Numbered from the stretch's first letter, positions 7,990 through 17,091 are shown. The stretch is 64,000 bases of DNA from an uncultured Aminicenantes bacterium (GCA_965195285.1 CBDAFS010000031.1:4371-68370); one strand, 5' to 3'. Made by a program: numbers and translations. Notes: a model not told the origin generated them from the letters alone.

Positions 7990-10359
7990 ATGAAATCCAA
8001 TAACCATCAAAAAAAATCCATTGCTGAAATTCCGACCCAGCTGAGCCGCGACCTCAGTCTGTTTCAGGTCACCATGATTGGAGTCGGTGCCATGATTGGA
8101 GCAGGTATTTTTGTGCTGACCGGGATTGCTGCCGGATATGCCGGACCGGCACTGATTCTGGTCTTTGCCCTGAATGGATTGGTTACTCTTTTGACTGCCT
8201 TATCCTATGCCGAGCTGGGTTCTTCCTTTCCCGAGGCCGGGGGGGGGTACCTGTGGGTGAAAGAGGGGCTGGGCGGATTGAACGGTTTTCAGGCCGGCTG
8301 GATGAGCTGGTTTGCCCATGCCATGGCCTGCAGTCTCTATATCCTGGGATTCGGTTACTATTTCTGGGAGGCGCTGCGATTTCTTCAGGTGGATACCCTG
8401 ATAACCCCTGTGCTGGCTGCGGTTTTACCGGGAATGGAAAACCATTTTCTGATCGTACAGAAAATTCTGGCGGTTCTGGTGGCGTTGTTCTTTGGCTATA
8501 TAAATTTCAGGGGAGCCTCGGAAACCGGAAAATGGGGAAGCCTGGTAACCATTCTCAAGGTGGTGATACTGGCCGGTTTTGCCCTGTCCGGTCTGCTGGT
8601 TATTTTAAGGAATCCGGACTGGATGGCCAAGTTCGAACCCTTTATGGGCAAGGGAGTTGTGGGAGTATTGGGGGCCATGGGGTTGACCTACATTGCTTTT
8701 GAGGGATATGAAATCATTGTCCAGAGCGGGGAGGAGATCAAGAATCCCAGTAAAAACATACCCAGGGCCATTTTTATTTCCCTGCTGATCGTGGTACCCG
8801 TCTATATTTTTGTGGGCTTCATTGCCCTGGGGGCGGTGGAGATACCTGAGGCGGTCCGGCAGGCCCATCCTGAAATCATTAAAATCTGGGATTACCTGGC
8901 CTTTGCCAAAGAAGGGGCCATGGTTGAGGCAGCCAAGCAGTTCATGCCCCTGGGATACCTGATGATGATACTGGGTGGATTGTTTGCCACCATGTCCGCC
9001 CTGAATGCCACCATCTATTCATCCTCCCGGGTTTCCTTTGCCATGGGCCGCGACAAAAACCTTCCCGATATCTTCGGTAAAATCCACCGGTTGAAGAGAA
9101 CCCCCCATATGGCGGTTTTCCTGTCGGTTATTTTGATTGTGCTGATGGCCCTGATCCTGCCCATCGAAGATGTGGCCGCAGCAGCGGATATCATGTTTAT
9201 TTTACTGTTTGTCCAGGTGAACTGGACACTGATCGTTCTGCGGAAAAAGAAGTCCAAAATGAAGCGATATTTCCGGGTACCGCTGGTACCCCTGGTTCCC
9301 ATCATTGCCATTGTGCTGCAGTTGATTTTGGGGTATTTCCTGTTTCACCTGAGCCCGGTGGCCTGGATTACGGCCATTGTCTGGCTGGTGATGGGCGTGT
9401 TGATCTATTACCTGTATTCCAGCGGCCGGGAAAAGGAGCGGGCCGAAGCCCAGGTTGTTTACGAGGAAAAGCTTCCGGTCAAAACCGGTTACCGTATCCT
9501 GGTTCCATTGGCTCACCCGGATCATGTGGATGATTTGATCCAGATGGCGGCCTCCATTGCCAAATACCGGAACGGCGAAATCCTGGCCCTGGGAATTGTC
9601 CAGGTTCCGGAACAACTACCCGTGGCCGAAGGCCGACGTTTTATCGATGAATCCAAAGTGATGATGGAAAAGGCGGTAAAATCAGGCAAGCGTTACGGTG
9701 TGGTGGTCAACACTCTGCTGCGCATCGGCCACAAGGTGACCCGGGCCATCACCGATACGGTCAAAGAGCGAGATGTCGATATGATGGTCATGGGCTGGAA
9801 GGGTTTCAGTAATACCCGGGGATCAGTATTCGGAGGGACCCTGGATGATGTGGTCATGAATGCCGAGTGTGATGTGATGATGATCAAAATGGTTCACCTG
9901 GAAAAGATGAAACGCATTCTGCTGCCCACCTCGGGAGGCCCCCATGCCGGTTTTGCCCTGGAAATTGCCCCGGCCATTGCCCAAACCTACGGAAGTTCCA
10001 TTATGGTGAGTATGATTGTTCCGCCCGATACCAGGCCGGAAGTCCAGGCTGTATACCAGCAGCGGGTGGATGACAACGTGGCTTACTTGAAGGATAAGGT
10101 TAAAAAGGTGGAGGGACAGCTGGTTAAGGCCCGGTCCATCAGTTCCGGAATTTTAAAACTGACCGAACGTTATGATGCCTGTATCATGGGAGCGGCCAGG
10201 GAAGGCCTGATGCAGCAGATGCTGTTTGGCAGTATTCCGAATAAGATCGGCCGAAAGGGCCGGCATACGGTGATCATGGTCAAAAAACACCAGGGAGCCC
10301 TGAAGAATATCCTCAGCCGGATTTTTCAACGCTCTACCGAACGGGTAGGCAAACGTTAA
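7990..10359 (+). CDS. APC-family amino acid/polyamine permease fused to two C-terminal universal stress protein (USP) domains
   Basis: 789-aa ORF. The N-terminal ~480 aa has about 12 hydrophobic helices with APC-type motifs (GAMIGAGIFVLTG, FEGYE). The C-terminal ~290 aa has two USP-like units (RILVPLAHPDH...MVMGWKG and RILLPTSGGPH...CIMGAAREG). Confidence 0.9.
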   Translation: MKSNNHQKKSIAEIPTQLSRDLSLFQVTMIGVGAMIGAGIFVLTGIAAGYAGPALILVFALNGLVTLLTALSYAELGSSFPEAGGGYLWVKEGLGGLNGFQAGWMSWFAHAMACSLYILGFGYYFWEALRFLQVDTLITPVLAAVLPGMENHFLIVQKILAVLVALFFGYINFRGASETGKWGSLVTILKVVILAGFALSGLLVILRNPDWMAKFEPFMGKGVVGVLGAMGLTYIAFEGYEIIVQSGEEIKNPSKNIPRAIFISLLIVVPVYIFVGFIALGAVEIPEAVRQAHPEIIKIWDYLAFAKEGAMVEAAKQFMPLGYLMMILGGLFATMSALNATIYSSSRVSFAMGRDKNLPDIFGKIHRLKRTPHMAVFLSVILIVLMALILPIEDVAAAADIMFILLFVQVNWTLIVLRKKKSKMKRYFRVPLVPLVPIIAIVLQLILGYFLFHLSPVAWITAIVWLVMGVLIYYLYSSGREKERAEAQVVYEEKLPVKTGYRILVPLAHPDHVDDLIQMAASIAKYRNGEILALGIVQVPEQLPVAEGRRFIDESKVMMEKAVKSGKRYGVVVNTLLRIGHKVTRAITDTVKERDVDMMVMGWKGFSNTRGSVFGGTLDDVVMNAECDVMMIKMVHLEKMKRILLPTSGGPHAGFALEIAPAIAQTYGSSIMVSMIVPPDTRPEVQAVYQQRVDDNVAYLKDKVKKVEGQLVKARSISSGILKLTERYDACIMGAAREGLMQQMLFGSIPNKIGRKGRHTVIMVKKHQGALKNILSRIFQRSTERVGKR

Positions 10360-10370
10360 ATCGCTTTTCC

Positions 10371-10943
10371 ATGAAGATCCTGCTGGTCAACAATGCCGAG
10401 AAGGGTATCGCTGATTACTGTATTCCCATTGAGCATATAATCCGGCATCAATTCGTTACCTTCAAACGGATAGAATATTCGGAAACACTGAGTGCCGATC
10501 TGTCGATTTACCACGGATTCATCCTGACCGGCTCGCCCTGCGGAAATGACATCGTGGAGCATCACCTGCCCTATTTCAAATGGATCAGGGAGATAGACAA
10601 GCCTGTACTGGGAATCTGTGCCGGTCACCACATCATCGGGGCCCTGTTCGGTTCCCGGTTAATTCGGGATGTTGAAAGCGAATTGGGTGATTCAACTATT
10701 ACGATTATCAAGCCAGACCCCATTTTCAATGGACTGGAACAGGAAACGCTGGTTGCTCAGGCTCATCATGATGCCATCACCCTTGCGGACAATTTTGTTC
10801 TGTTGGCCGGTTCCGAAAGGTGTCCGGTCCAGGCCATGAAGCATGAAACCCGTCCTCTCTACTCCACCCAGTTCCACCCCGAAACCCGCAATCCCCGAAT
10901 CATAAAAAACTTCCTGGATATAGTTATGAAATTGGGGGAGTGA
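10371..10943 (+). CDS. Class-I glutamine amidotransferase (GMP-synthase subunit-A-like)
   Basis: 190-aa ORF with nucleophile elbow GICAGHH and C-terminal FHPE (His-Glu of the triad). No synthetase domain is attached. Confidence 0.8.
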   Translation: MKILLVNNAEKGIADYCIPIEHIIRHQFVTFKRIEYSETLSADLSIYHGFILTGSPCGNDIVEHHLPYFKWIREIDKPVLGICAGHHIIGALFGSRLIRDVESELGDSTITIIKPDPIFNGLEQETLVAQAHHDAITLADNFVLLAGSERCPVQAMKHETRPLYSTQFHPETRNPRIIKNFLDIVMKLGE

Positions 10944-11113
10944 AAATGCAAAAATGGTATGCGCCCCCCTTTATTGTCTCCAGTATGTTAACATATTGCT
11001 AACTTACTGGTTATTTGTCAAGATAAAAATGTTGCAACGTAAAACCTCACCCTCCATAGTAAGGCTATACAAGGTTTTAAGGGTTTTCAAATTGAAAATT
11101 TGTGAAAATTATT

Positions 11114-11129
11114 TGGCACAAATCTGGCA
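11114..11129 (+). promoter_or_regulatory. Sigma-54-like -24/-12 element (TGGCAC-N5-TGGCA), or tandem TGGCA half-sites, upstream of the SIR2-like gene
   Basis: TGGCACAAATCTGGCA read directly. The GG and GC are spaced exactly as in consensus TGGCAC-N5-TTGC, with one mismatch (TTGC to TGGC). A near-identical copy lies at 12681-12696. Confidence 0.35.
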
Positions 11130-11145
11130 CAGTTAATATATATTA

Positions 11146-11174
11146 TTGACAATGTGCACGCCCTTAATTAAAAT
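11146..11174 (+). promoter_or_regulatory. Sigma-70-type promoter candidate (TTGACA-N17-TAAAAT) upstream of the SIR2-like gene
   Basis: TTGACA at 11146-11151, a 17-nt spacer, then TAAAAT at 11169-11174. About 105 nt upstream of ATG 11279. Confidence 0.45.
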
Positions 11175-11278
11175 ACCAGTAGGGAATTATTAATTCTCCT
11201 TCATCAATTATTGCAATAGCTTCTTTAACTGAATATAAATTAATTGATTAATATTATTATTTCTTAAAGGAGAGATAT

Positions 11279-12298
11279 ATGGGAAACAGTGAACCAAAAA
11301 AGCGATTCATTACTTATCTACTCGGTGCAGGTGCAAGTGCTAATGCTCTTCCGGTTGTTAAAATAATTCCTGAAAGATTAAGTCAGTTTAGGGATGATGT
11401 CAAAAAATATTTGAATCCAAAAAAAGAAATTATTACTCAACGTGATATCGATAAGAAGCCTCATCAAATAATAACAGATATAGATTGGCTTTTAGAACAA
11501 ACAAAAAAACATATGAGTATTGATACATTTGCCAAGAAACTCTGGACACGAGGGAATCGTGAAGAATTAATGAAATTGAAAAAGCTATTGTCGTATTTTT
11601 TTATTTTTGAACAGGTGGATAAATTGGATATGAGGTACGACAATTTCATTGCGTCTATCATTGATTCAACAAAAAAACCTTCGAATGATGTTCGGATTTT
11701 AAATTGGAATTATGATTATCAATTCGAAAAAGCTTATTCTGAGTATCAGGGGTATTCAGATTTGGATATCATTCAAGAGAAGTTAAACGTTGCTCCCTCT
11801 CCAAATAAAACCAATCCAGATTCAACTCAAGGGTTTTTAGATAAATTATGCCTTGTGAAATTGAATGGTACAACTTCGTTTAAGACTATGGAAGGTGAAA
11901 TACTAAATCTCATCAAGGATTTAAAGAAAAGAAAGGATGAGATCGAATTTAAGAAAATATTTGAATCTCATTACAATACGCCTGATTCTCATTCCCTTGT
12001 CACTTTTGCTTGGGAAAAAAATCAATTACCAAGCCACCAAAAAGTTCAATTCATTTTAAATCATACTGTTGCAATGGTTATCATTGGATATTCCTTCCCT
12101 CAGTTTAATCGTGAGGTCGATAAACAAATTTTTAATCAGTTGCAAGGAACAGGAAAAAAGATTTATATTCAAGATTTAAATACAGATACAATTAAGGTAA
12201 AACTGAAAGGAGTTATGAAAACCAATGATTATTGGGATATTATTCCAGTAAACATGACCGATCAGTTTTTTATCCCTTTTGAGTTAGAAATCAAATAA
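11279..12298 (+). CDS. SIR2-like (SIR2_2/DHS-like NAD-binding fold) protein with Asn in place of the conserved His
   Basis: 339-aa ORF with RBS AAGGAGAG 7 nt upstream. The ordered motifs LLGAGAS (aa 14-20), NWNYD (aa 142-146), VKLNGT (aa 193-198) and VIIGYSF (aa 267-273) match the GAGxS..TNYD..KxHG..GYS layout of prokaryotic SIR2-like proteins. AbiH-like proteins have a similar layout. AT-rich island. Confidence 0.6.
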   Translation: MGNSEPKKRFITYLLGAGASANALPVVKIIPERLSQFRDDVKKYLNPKKEIITQRDIDKKPHQIITDIDWLLEQTKKHMSIDTFAKKLWTRGNREELMKLKKLLSYFFIFEQVDKLDMRYDNFIASIIDSTKKPSNDVRILNWNYDYQFEKAYSEYQGYSDLDIIQEKLNVAPSPNKTNPDSTQGFLDKLCLVKLNGTTSFKTMEGEILNLIKDLKKRKDEIEFKKIFESHYNTPDSHSLVTFAWEKNQLPSHQKVQFILNHTVAMVIIGYSFPQFNREVDKQIFNQLQGTGKKIYIQDLNTDTIKVKLKGVMKTNDYWDIIPVNMTDQFFIPFELEIK

Positions 12299-12316
12299 AA
12301 GAATTTAGTATCTCTT

Positions 12317-12586
12317 TTACAATTTAATATCAACTTTGGATTCATCAAGATATAAATCATCGGGGCATTCCAAACGAGCATACCAGCTTTCGTTCGGATG
12401 TTCTGGAAGTTCTCCCCATGATGTCCTAGTCTCAACAGGTGTCCCTAATTTCGACCTTTTGGGTTCTTTAAGCTTACATCCATGAGCTTCATAAATTTCA
12501 ACAGCTTTCCGAACTTTCTCCTCAATAGTTCCGCTTAGCCTTTTAACCAGGATTGAATCCAATCCTATTGTTTCATCACGACTCAT
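12317..12586 (-). CDS. Small acidic hypothetical protein (89 aa), convergent with the SIR2-like gene
   Basis: ORF with a strong RBS (AAGGAGG 5 nt before the ATG) and its own TTGAAA-N17-TAAAAT promoter. No recognisable family. Confidence 0.6.
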   Translation of the reverse strand: MSRDETIGLDSILVKRLSGTIEEKVRKAVEIYEAHGCKLKEPKRSKLGTPVETRTSWGELPEHPNESWYARLECPDDLYLDESKVDIKL

Positions 12587-12617
12587 TTTTCCTCCTTCTC
12601 TCCTGTTTTAAAATTTT

Positions 12618-12646
12618 ATTTTATAGAATATAACTAAATATTTCAA
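12618..12646 (-). promoter_or_regulatory. Sigma-70-type promoter (TTGAAA-N17-TAAAAT) for the 89-aa ORF
   Basis: Minus strand reads TTGAAA (12646-12641), a 17-nt spacer, then TAAAAT (12623-12618). Shares the 12-mer TTGAAATATTTA with the promoter at 19600-19628. Confidence 0.5.
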
Positions 12647-12680
12647 CATATGGGACTGCGCATTGAATATTCGAAAAAAC

Positions 12681-12696
12681 TGGCATATATCTGGCA
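12681..12696 (+). promoter_or_regulatory. Sigma-54-like -24/-12 element (TGGCAT-N5-TGGCA) upstream of the CHAT gene
   Basis: TGGCATATATCTGGCA read directly. It is the second copy of the motif at 11114-11129, embedded in a ~40-nt imperfect direct repeat (11091-11134 vs 12662-12700). No good sigma-70 -35/-10 pair was seen between it and the CHAT start. Confidence 0.35.
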
Positions 12697-12861
12697 CAAT
12701 TTGAAAGGTGCAGCAGTGCAAAGTCTGACTCCAGTCTATTTTATTAAACGTCATAAGAAGATTTGATCCCTTTTTTTTTACCATTCATGATATTGAAACA
12801 AAAGGATTTCTTAATTATAATTGATTTGAACGTAGTGAATGTTTACAAGGAGAGAAAAATA

Positions 12862-15800
12862 TTGAGTTGGCAAAAGATAATTCCATTTATTTTAATTTTG
12901 AATGTATTTCTTTTTTCTGAAGCCAGGAATAATTTGGATGAAGAATTATTTGTTGCAGTAAAATCAGGGAGTCTTGAAGTTGTACAGTCTCTAATAGAAA
13001 AGGGAGCTGATGTGAATACCAAAGATGAATGGAAGTTGACTCCCTTATTTTATGCTGTATGGAAAAATAAAACCGACATAATTTCATACTTGAAAAAGCA
13101 TGGCGGGATTATATCTAATAAGTCAAAGTTGGAAAAAGTTTTTGAAGCCGAAAAGTATATAAAAGAAGCTGCATTATTGGAGCGAGATTCCAAAATTGAA
13201 AATTCTTTAAATGGTTATATAAAGGCCTTGAAAATCTATGAGAAAATATTTAATAACAATCATGAAGAAATTGCATTACTACTTTTTAAATGTGCAACTA
13301 TATATTCAAAACTGAAAGACTATAACTCAGCTTTAAGCTATCACCATAAAGAAGTAAAAATTAATTTGGAATTATTTGGAGGAATGCATAAAAGTACTGC
13401 AATTAGTTATGGAAATATTGGATTTACATATAGGAATTTAAATCAATTTCAAGAGGCGATTTTAAATTTTAATAATGCAATTGTAATTCTGGAAAAAATT
13501 GATGAAAGCAATAATCTATTGAATATGCTATATAGGGCTATTGGTGATATTTATAAAATGATAAATAATGGCGAAAAGGCATTAAATTTTTATTCTAAAG
13601 CTTATATATCCCATATAATGTTATATGGAGAAAATAATGAAAGTGTTGCAGATATTTTACTTGAAATTGGGCTTGTAAATAAAAACAAAAACAATTTTAA
13701 AGAAGCGAATATTAATCTAATGAAAGCTCATACTATTTATGAAGAGCTTTTGGGGAAATGGCATCCAAAAATAGCTATCGTTTGTGAACATCTTGGATAT
13801 TTGAATGAATTTATGAAAAAATATAGTACTGCATTAGATTATTTCAATAAAAGTTTAGAAGTAAAGAAAAGAATATTGGGAGAGGATGACAAACTGATTG
13901 CTGAATCCTTTGAAAATATTGGAAGAATCTACCAATATTTAGGCAAACCAAATGAAGCTTCTGATTTTTTGAAAAGAACATTAGATATGAAAATAAAATT
14001 GTATGGGAAAAATCATATTCAAGTCATATATACATTAAATTCTCTGGGCCATTTAGCCAATTCTATTGGAAATCATGAAGAGGCGATAGAACATTTTCTT
14101 GAGGCATTAAATATACATAATAATATTTCTAGAGAAGATAAAACTCTTGTTGCTGGAATATACCGGAGTATAGGTGGTGTTTATAACAAGTTAAAGAAAT
14201 TTGATCTTGCACTTAATTATTTAAATGATGCACTAGTTATTCAAAAAATGCATAGTATTAATAAACCATCTGAATTATCATTGACTTACCGTATAATAAA
14301 AGATGTATATGCACGCTTAGACCATAAGAATAAGGATTTATTTTATCTGAAAAAAGAAGGACAGTTTTGCATGAAATATTTTGGGGAGAACAGTCTTCCT
14401 GTTTTTTGGATATATTATGGCATTGCAGTTTATTATTCTCAAATAGAGGATAATAGCAATGCATTAAAGTATTTAAATAAATCATTATATGTTCATGAAA
14501 AAATAAATCCAGAGTCAAATTGGGATACTGGAGATTTATATTTCTGGATTGGATTTAAAGAGTTCAATATTGATAAATATGATGATGCGATGAAGAATGT
14601 CAAGAGGGCATTGTTGATTTTTAATGGATTGAATAAGAGTAATAAAAATGAAATACAAATTGCTCAATGTTATGAGCTACTTGCTTTCATTTATCGTAGC
14701 TTAAATCAGAAAAAATTGGCACTTCAAATCTATAAGAATGCATATAAAATAAGGCAAAAGATTTATAAAAATGATGCTGAAAAGCTTGCACATGAGAATG
14801 TTCAAATGGGAAGTTTTTATGGTACATTGGGTGATATCAAATCTGCAAAAGAACACCACTTAAAGGCATTAAATCTTTTACTTAAAAATCATGATGAAGA
14901 CAATATTGATGTTGCATATTGTTATGAATGGCTTGGCAGGGCTTTAATGGTGAAGCAAAATTTTAAAGAAGCCCTCGAATATATAACAAAGGCACAGAAA
15001 ATTTATACAAAGATTTTTGGGGTGAATCATATAAAAATTGCAGAAATATATGGCGCATTTGGAACGATATACAGACATTCCAAAAAATATGAAAATGCTC
15101 TCAATGCTTATTTTAAAGCACTGGATATTTATGAAAAAAATTCTTCAAGTAAAAAATATTCCATTGGAGGGATCTATTTAGCTATTGGATTTAGTTATGA
15201 ATTAATAGGCAATCATAAAAAGGCAATTTCATACTTAGAGAGATGTATTGAGATGTTTGAATCAATTGAGAATAAAATGAGTTTATCAAGAGCTAAATTC
15301 TATTTGGCAGGTGCTTATGCTTTTTCAGAAAACCATGAAAATGCTATTCGAGAATTAGAGGAATCAATTAATATTAAAGACAGAATAAGATTTGAAATTC
15401 AAGATCCTACTCATAAAGAATCATTTTATGAAGATTATTTAGATAATTATCGTTTACTAATAAGAATGCTAATGAAAAAAAAGAAATACAATAGGGCTTT
15501 TATAAAAGCAGAACAATCAAAGAGTGTTGTTTTTGCAGATATGATGGCCAAAAAAGGTGCAAGGGATAATTTCGCAAAAAAAGATTCTAGATTCCAAGAT
15601 TTACTCAAGGAAGAATATGAGATCTTGAATAAAATAAATAAATTAAAAAATTTATTGAAAACACAGACAGAGAAATCTGATTTAACAAAACGAATGTTAA
15701 TTAACGCACAATCCCAGCTTTCTAACCTGCAAGATTTAATGTCAAAAAAATATCCAAGTTATTCAGAACTTTCTTATCCAAAGGAAATAACTGTTGAGGA

Positions 15801-17091
15801 AGCAAAATCATTTTTGAAGGATGATGAAACATATTTAAGTTTTTATATACTTAGTGATTATTCTGTAGTTTTTATTCTCACAAAAAATGATTTTAAAGTA
15901 CAGATGATCAATTTTGGAAAAGAGTATTTCCAAACCAAAATACCTGAATTAAAAAAACAAATAAAAACTTGTTTGAATAAACTTACTTTGTTTATGGGTG
16001 GAGTAAAATCTGCAATAAAGAAAAAGGATTATTATCCGGGACTCAGTAAGGAATTCTATAAAAACATATTTCAACCAGTAGAAAAACATATTAGGACAAA
16101 GAAATTAATTGTTTCTGCGGATGGAATTCTATACGGATTCCCTTTAGAAGCCCTGGTTATAGAACAAAAAGAGAAAGTATCATTTGGTGGTGAACTACAT
16201 TCTATCGAGAAGTGTAAGGATATGCAATTTAGAGGAGAAGCACCTCTATTTTCTGAATATAACAGTATGACTTTTTTAGGCGATAAGTATAATATATTTT
16301 ATATACCCTCACTCTCAACTTTAAAAATTTTAAGAACCGAAACCAAGACGAATGTCAATGTTGAAAATAAAGTAATTGCCTTTGCTGATCCAATATTTAA
16401 TGATGAGGACCCGAGGGTCAAAGGTACAGAAAAAAAAGCAACGCAATTGGTTGAGGGTCAATTATATGTAAATAGCAATACTGTACGGAGCTGGCCGCCC
16501 CATAGGTTACCAGAAACATCAGAAGAAGCAAAGATTTTTGTAAAAGAAATAGGCAAGGGTGATGTATATGTTGGAATTGAAGCAAATGAAAAGAGAGTAT
16601 GGGACAAGGAACTGTCTGATGCGAAATATATTTTATTCTCCACTCACGGTATATTGGGAACTGAAATTCAAAGAAGTGAAATGATCGAACCGGCATTGGT
16701 ATTATCATTGGTTGGAAATACGGAAGAGTATAACGGTCTTTTGGAAATGAGTGAAGCGGCAGGCCTTCGTTTGAATTCTGAGCTTGTTATTCTGGCAGCA
16801 TGTAATAGCGCAGGTGAAAGTGGAAAGGGTGGTGAGGGATTTGCTGGATTGGCCAGAAGTTTTATTTTTGCAGGGACCCAAGGGGTTATTGCTAGCCATT
16901 GGAAGATTGAGAGTATGGCTACAAAAAATTTGATTTCAATTTTGGGTGAAATGTTATCAAAAAATGATAGACGGCAGGCTTTTTTTAAGGCGAGAGAAAA
17001 ATTTAAGAGTGTAATTGGAAAGCTTAAATATTTTAATATATGTTATGCCCATCCATATTTTTGGTCTGCATTTGTTTATATTGGGGACTGA
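12862..17091 (+). CDS. Ankyrin-TPR-CHAT protein (caspase-like CHAT protease domain), probable signal peptide
   Basis: ORF open from 12763 (1442 aa). The best-supported start is TTG 12862 (AAGGAGAG 7 nt upstream), giving SWQKIIPFILILNVFLFSEA|RNN; the alternative is ATG 12787. Two ankyrin repeats (..LIEKGADVNTKDEWKLTPLFYAV..) are followed by about 20 42-residue TPR-like units. The C-terminal CHAT domain has His in FSTHGILG (CAC 16645-16647) and Cys in LAACNSAG (TGT 16801-16803). Confidence 0.9.
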   Translation: MSWQKIIPFILILNVFLFSEARNNLDEELFVAVKSGSLEVVQSLIEKGADVNTKDEWKLTPLFYAVWKNKTDIISYLKKHGGIISNKSKLEKVFEAEKYIKEAALLERDSKIENSLNGYIKALKIYEKIFNNNHEEIALLLFKCATIYSKLKDYNSALSYHHKEVKINLELFGGMHKSTAISYGNIGFTYRNLNQFQEAILNFNNAIVILEKIDESNNLLNMLYRAIGDIYKMINNGEKALNFYSKAYISHIMLYGENNESVADILLEIGLVNKNKNNFKEANINLMKAHTIYEELLGKWHPKIAIVCEHLGYLNEFMKKYSTALDYFNKSLEVKKRILGEDDKLIAESFENIGRIYQYLGKPNEASDFLKRTLDMKIKLYGKNHIQVIYTLNSLGHLANSIGNHEEAIEHFLEALNIHNNISREDKTLVAGIYRSIGGVYNKLKKFDLALNYLNDALVIQKMHSINKPSELSLTYRIIKDVYARLDHKNKDLFYLKKEGQFCMKYFGENSLPVFWIYYGIAVYYSQIEDNSNALKYLNKSLYVHEKINPESNWDTGDLYFWIGFKEFNIDKYDDAMKNVKRALLIFNGLNKSNKNEIQIAQCYELLAFIYRSLNQKKLALQIYKNAYKIRQKIYKNDAEKLAHENVQMGSFYGTLGDIKSAKEHHLKALNLLLKNHDEDNIDVAYCYEWLGRALMVKQNFKEALEYITKAQKIYTKIFGVNHIKIAEIYGAFGTIYRHSKKYENALNAYFKALDIYEKNSSSKKYSIGGIYLAIGFSYELIGNHKKAISYLERCIEMFESIENKMSLSRAKFYLAGAYAFSENHENAIRELEESINIKDRIRFEIQDPTHKESFYEDYLDNYRLLIRMLMKKKKYNRAFIKAEQSKSVVFADMMAKKGARDNFAKKDSRFQDLLKEEYEILNKINKLKNLLKTQTEKSDLTKRMLINAQSQLSNLQDLMSKKYPSYSELSYPKEITVEEAKSFLKDDETYLSFYILSDYSVVFILTKNDFKVQMINFGKEYFQTKIPELKKQIKTCLNKLTLFMGGVKSAIKKKDYYPGLSKEFYKNIFQPVEKHIRTKKLIVSADGILYGFPLEALVIEQKEKVSFGGELHSIEKCKDMQFRGEAPLFSEYNSMTFLGDKYNIFYIPSLSTLKILRTETKTNVNVENKVIAFADPIFNDEDPRVKGTEKKATQLVEGQLYVNSNTVRSWPPHRLPETSEEAKIFVKEIGKGDVYVGIEANEKRVWDKELSDAKYILFSTHGILGTEIQRSEMIEPALVLSLVGNTEEYNGLLEMSEAAGLRLNSELVILAACNSAGESGKGGEGFAGLARSFIFAGTQGVIASHWKIESMATKNLISILGEMLSKNDRRQAFFKAREKFKSVIGKLKYFNICYAHPYFWSAFVYIGD

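Noticed and set aside
10954-11136. 60-aa ORF at the left border of the AT-rich island
   Set aside because: It has no RBS and gives a hydrophobic, low-complexity translation. It spans the duplicated promoter motif, so it is more likely non-coding regulatory DNA.
12763-12861. Upstream part of the CHAT ORF (TTG 12763 or ATG 12787 as start)
   Set aside because: Not excluded, but neither codon has an RBS. TTG 12862 has AAGGAGAG at the optimal distance and produces a canonical signal peptide. Either alternative would still leave the hydrophobic segment as a signal anchor.
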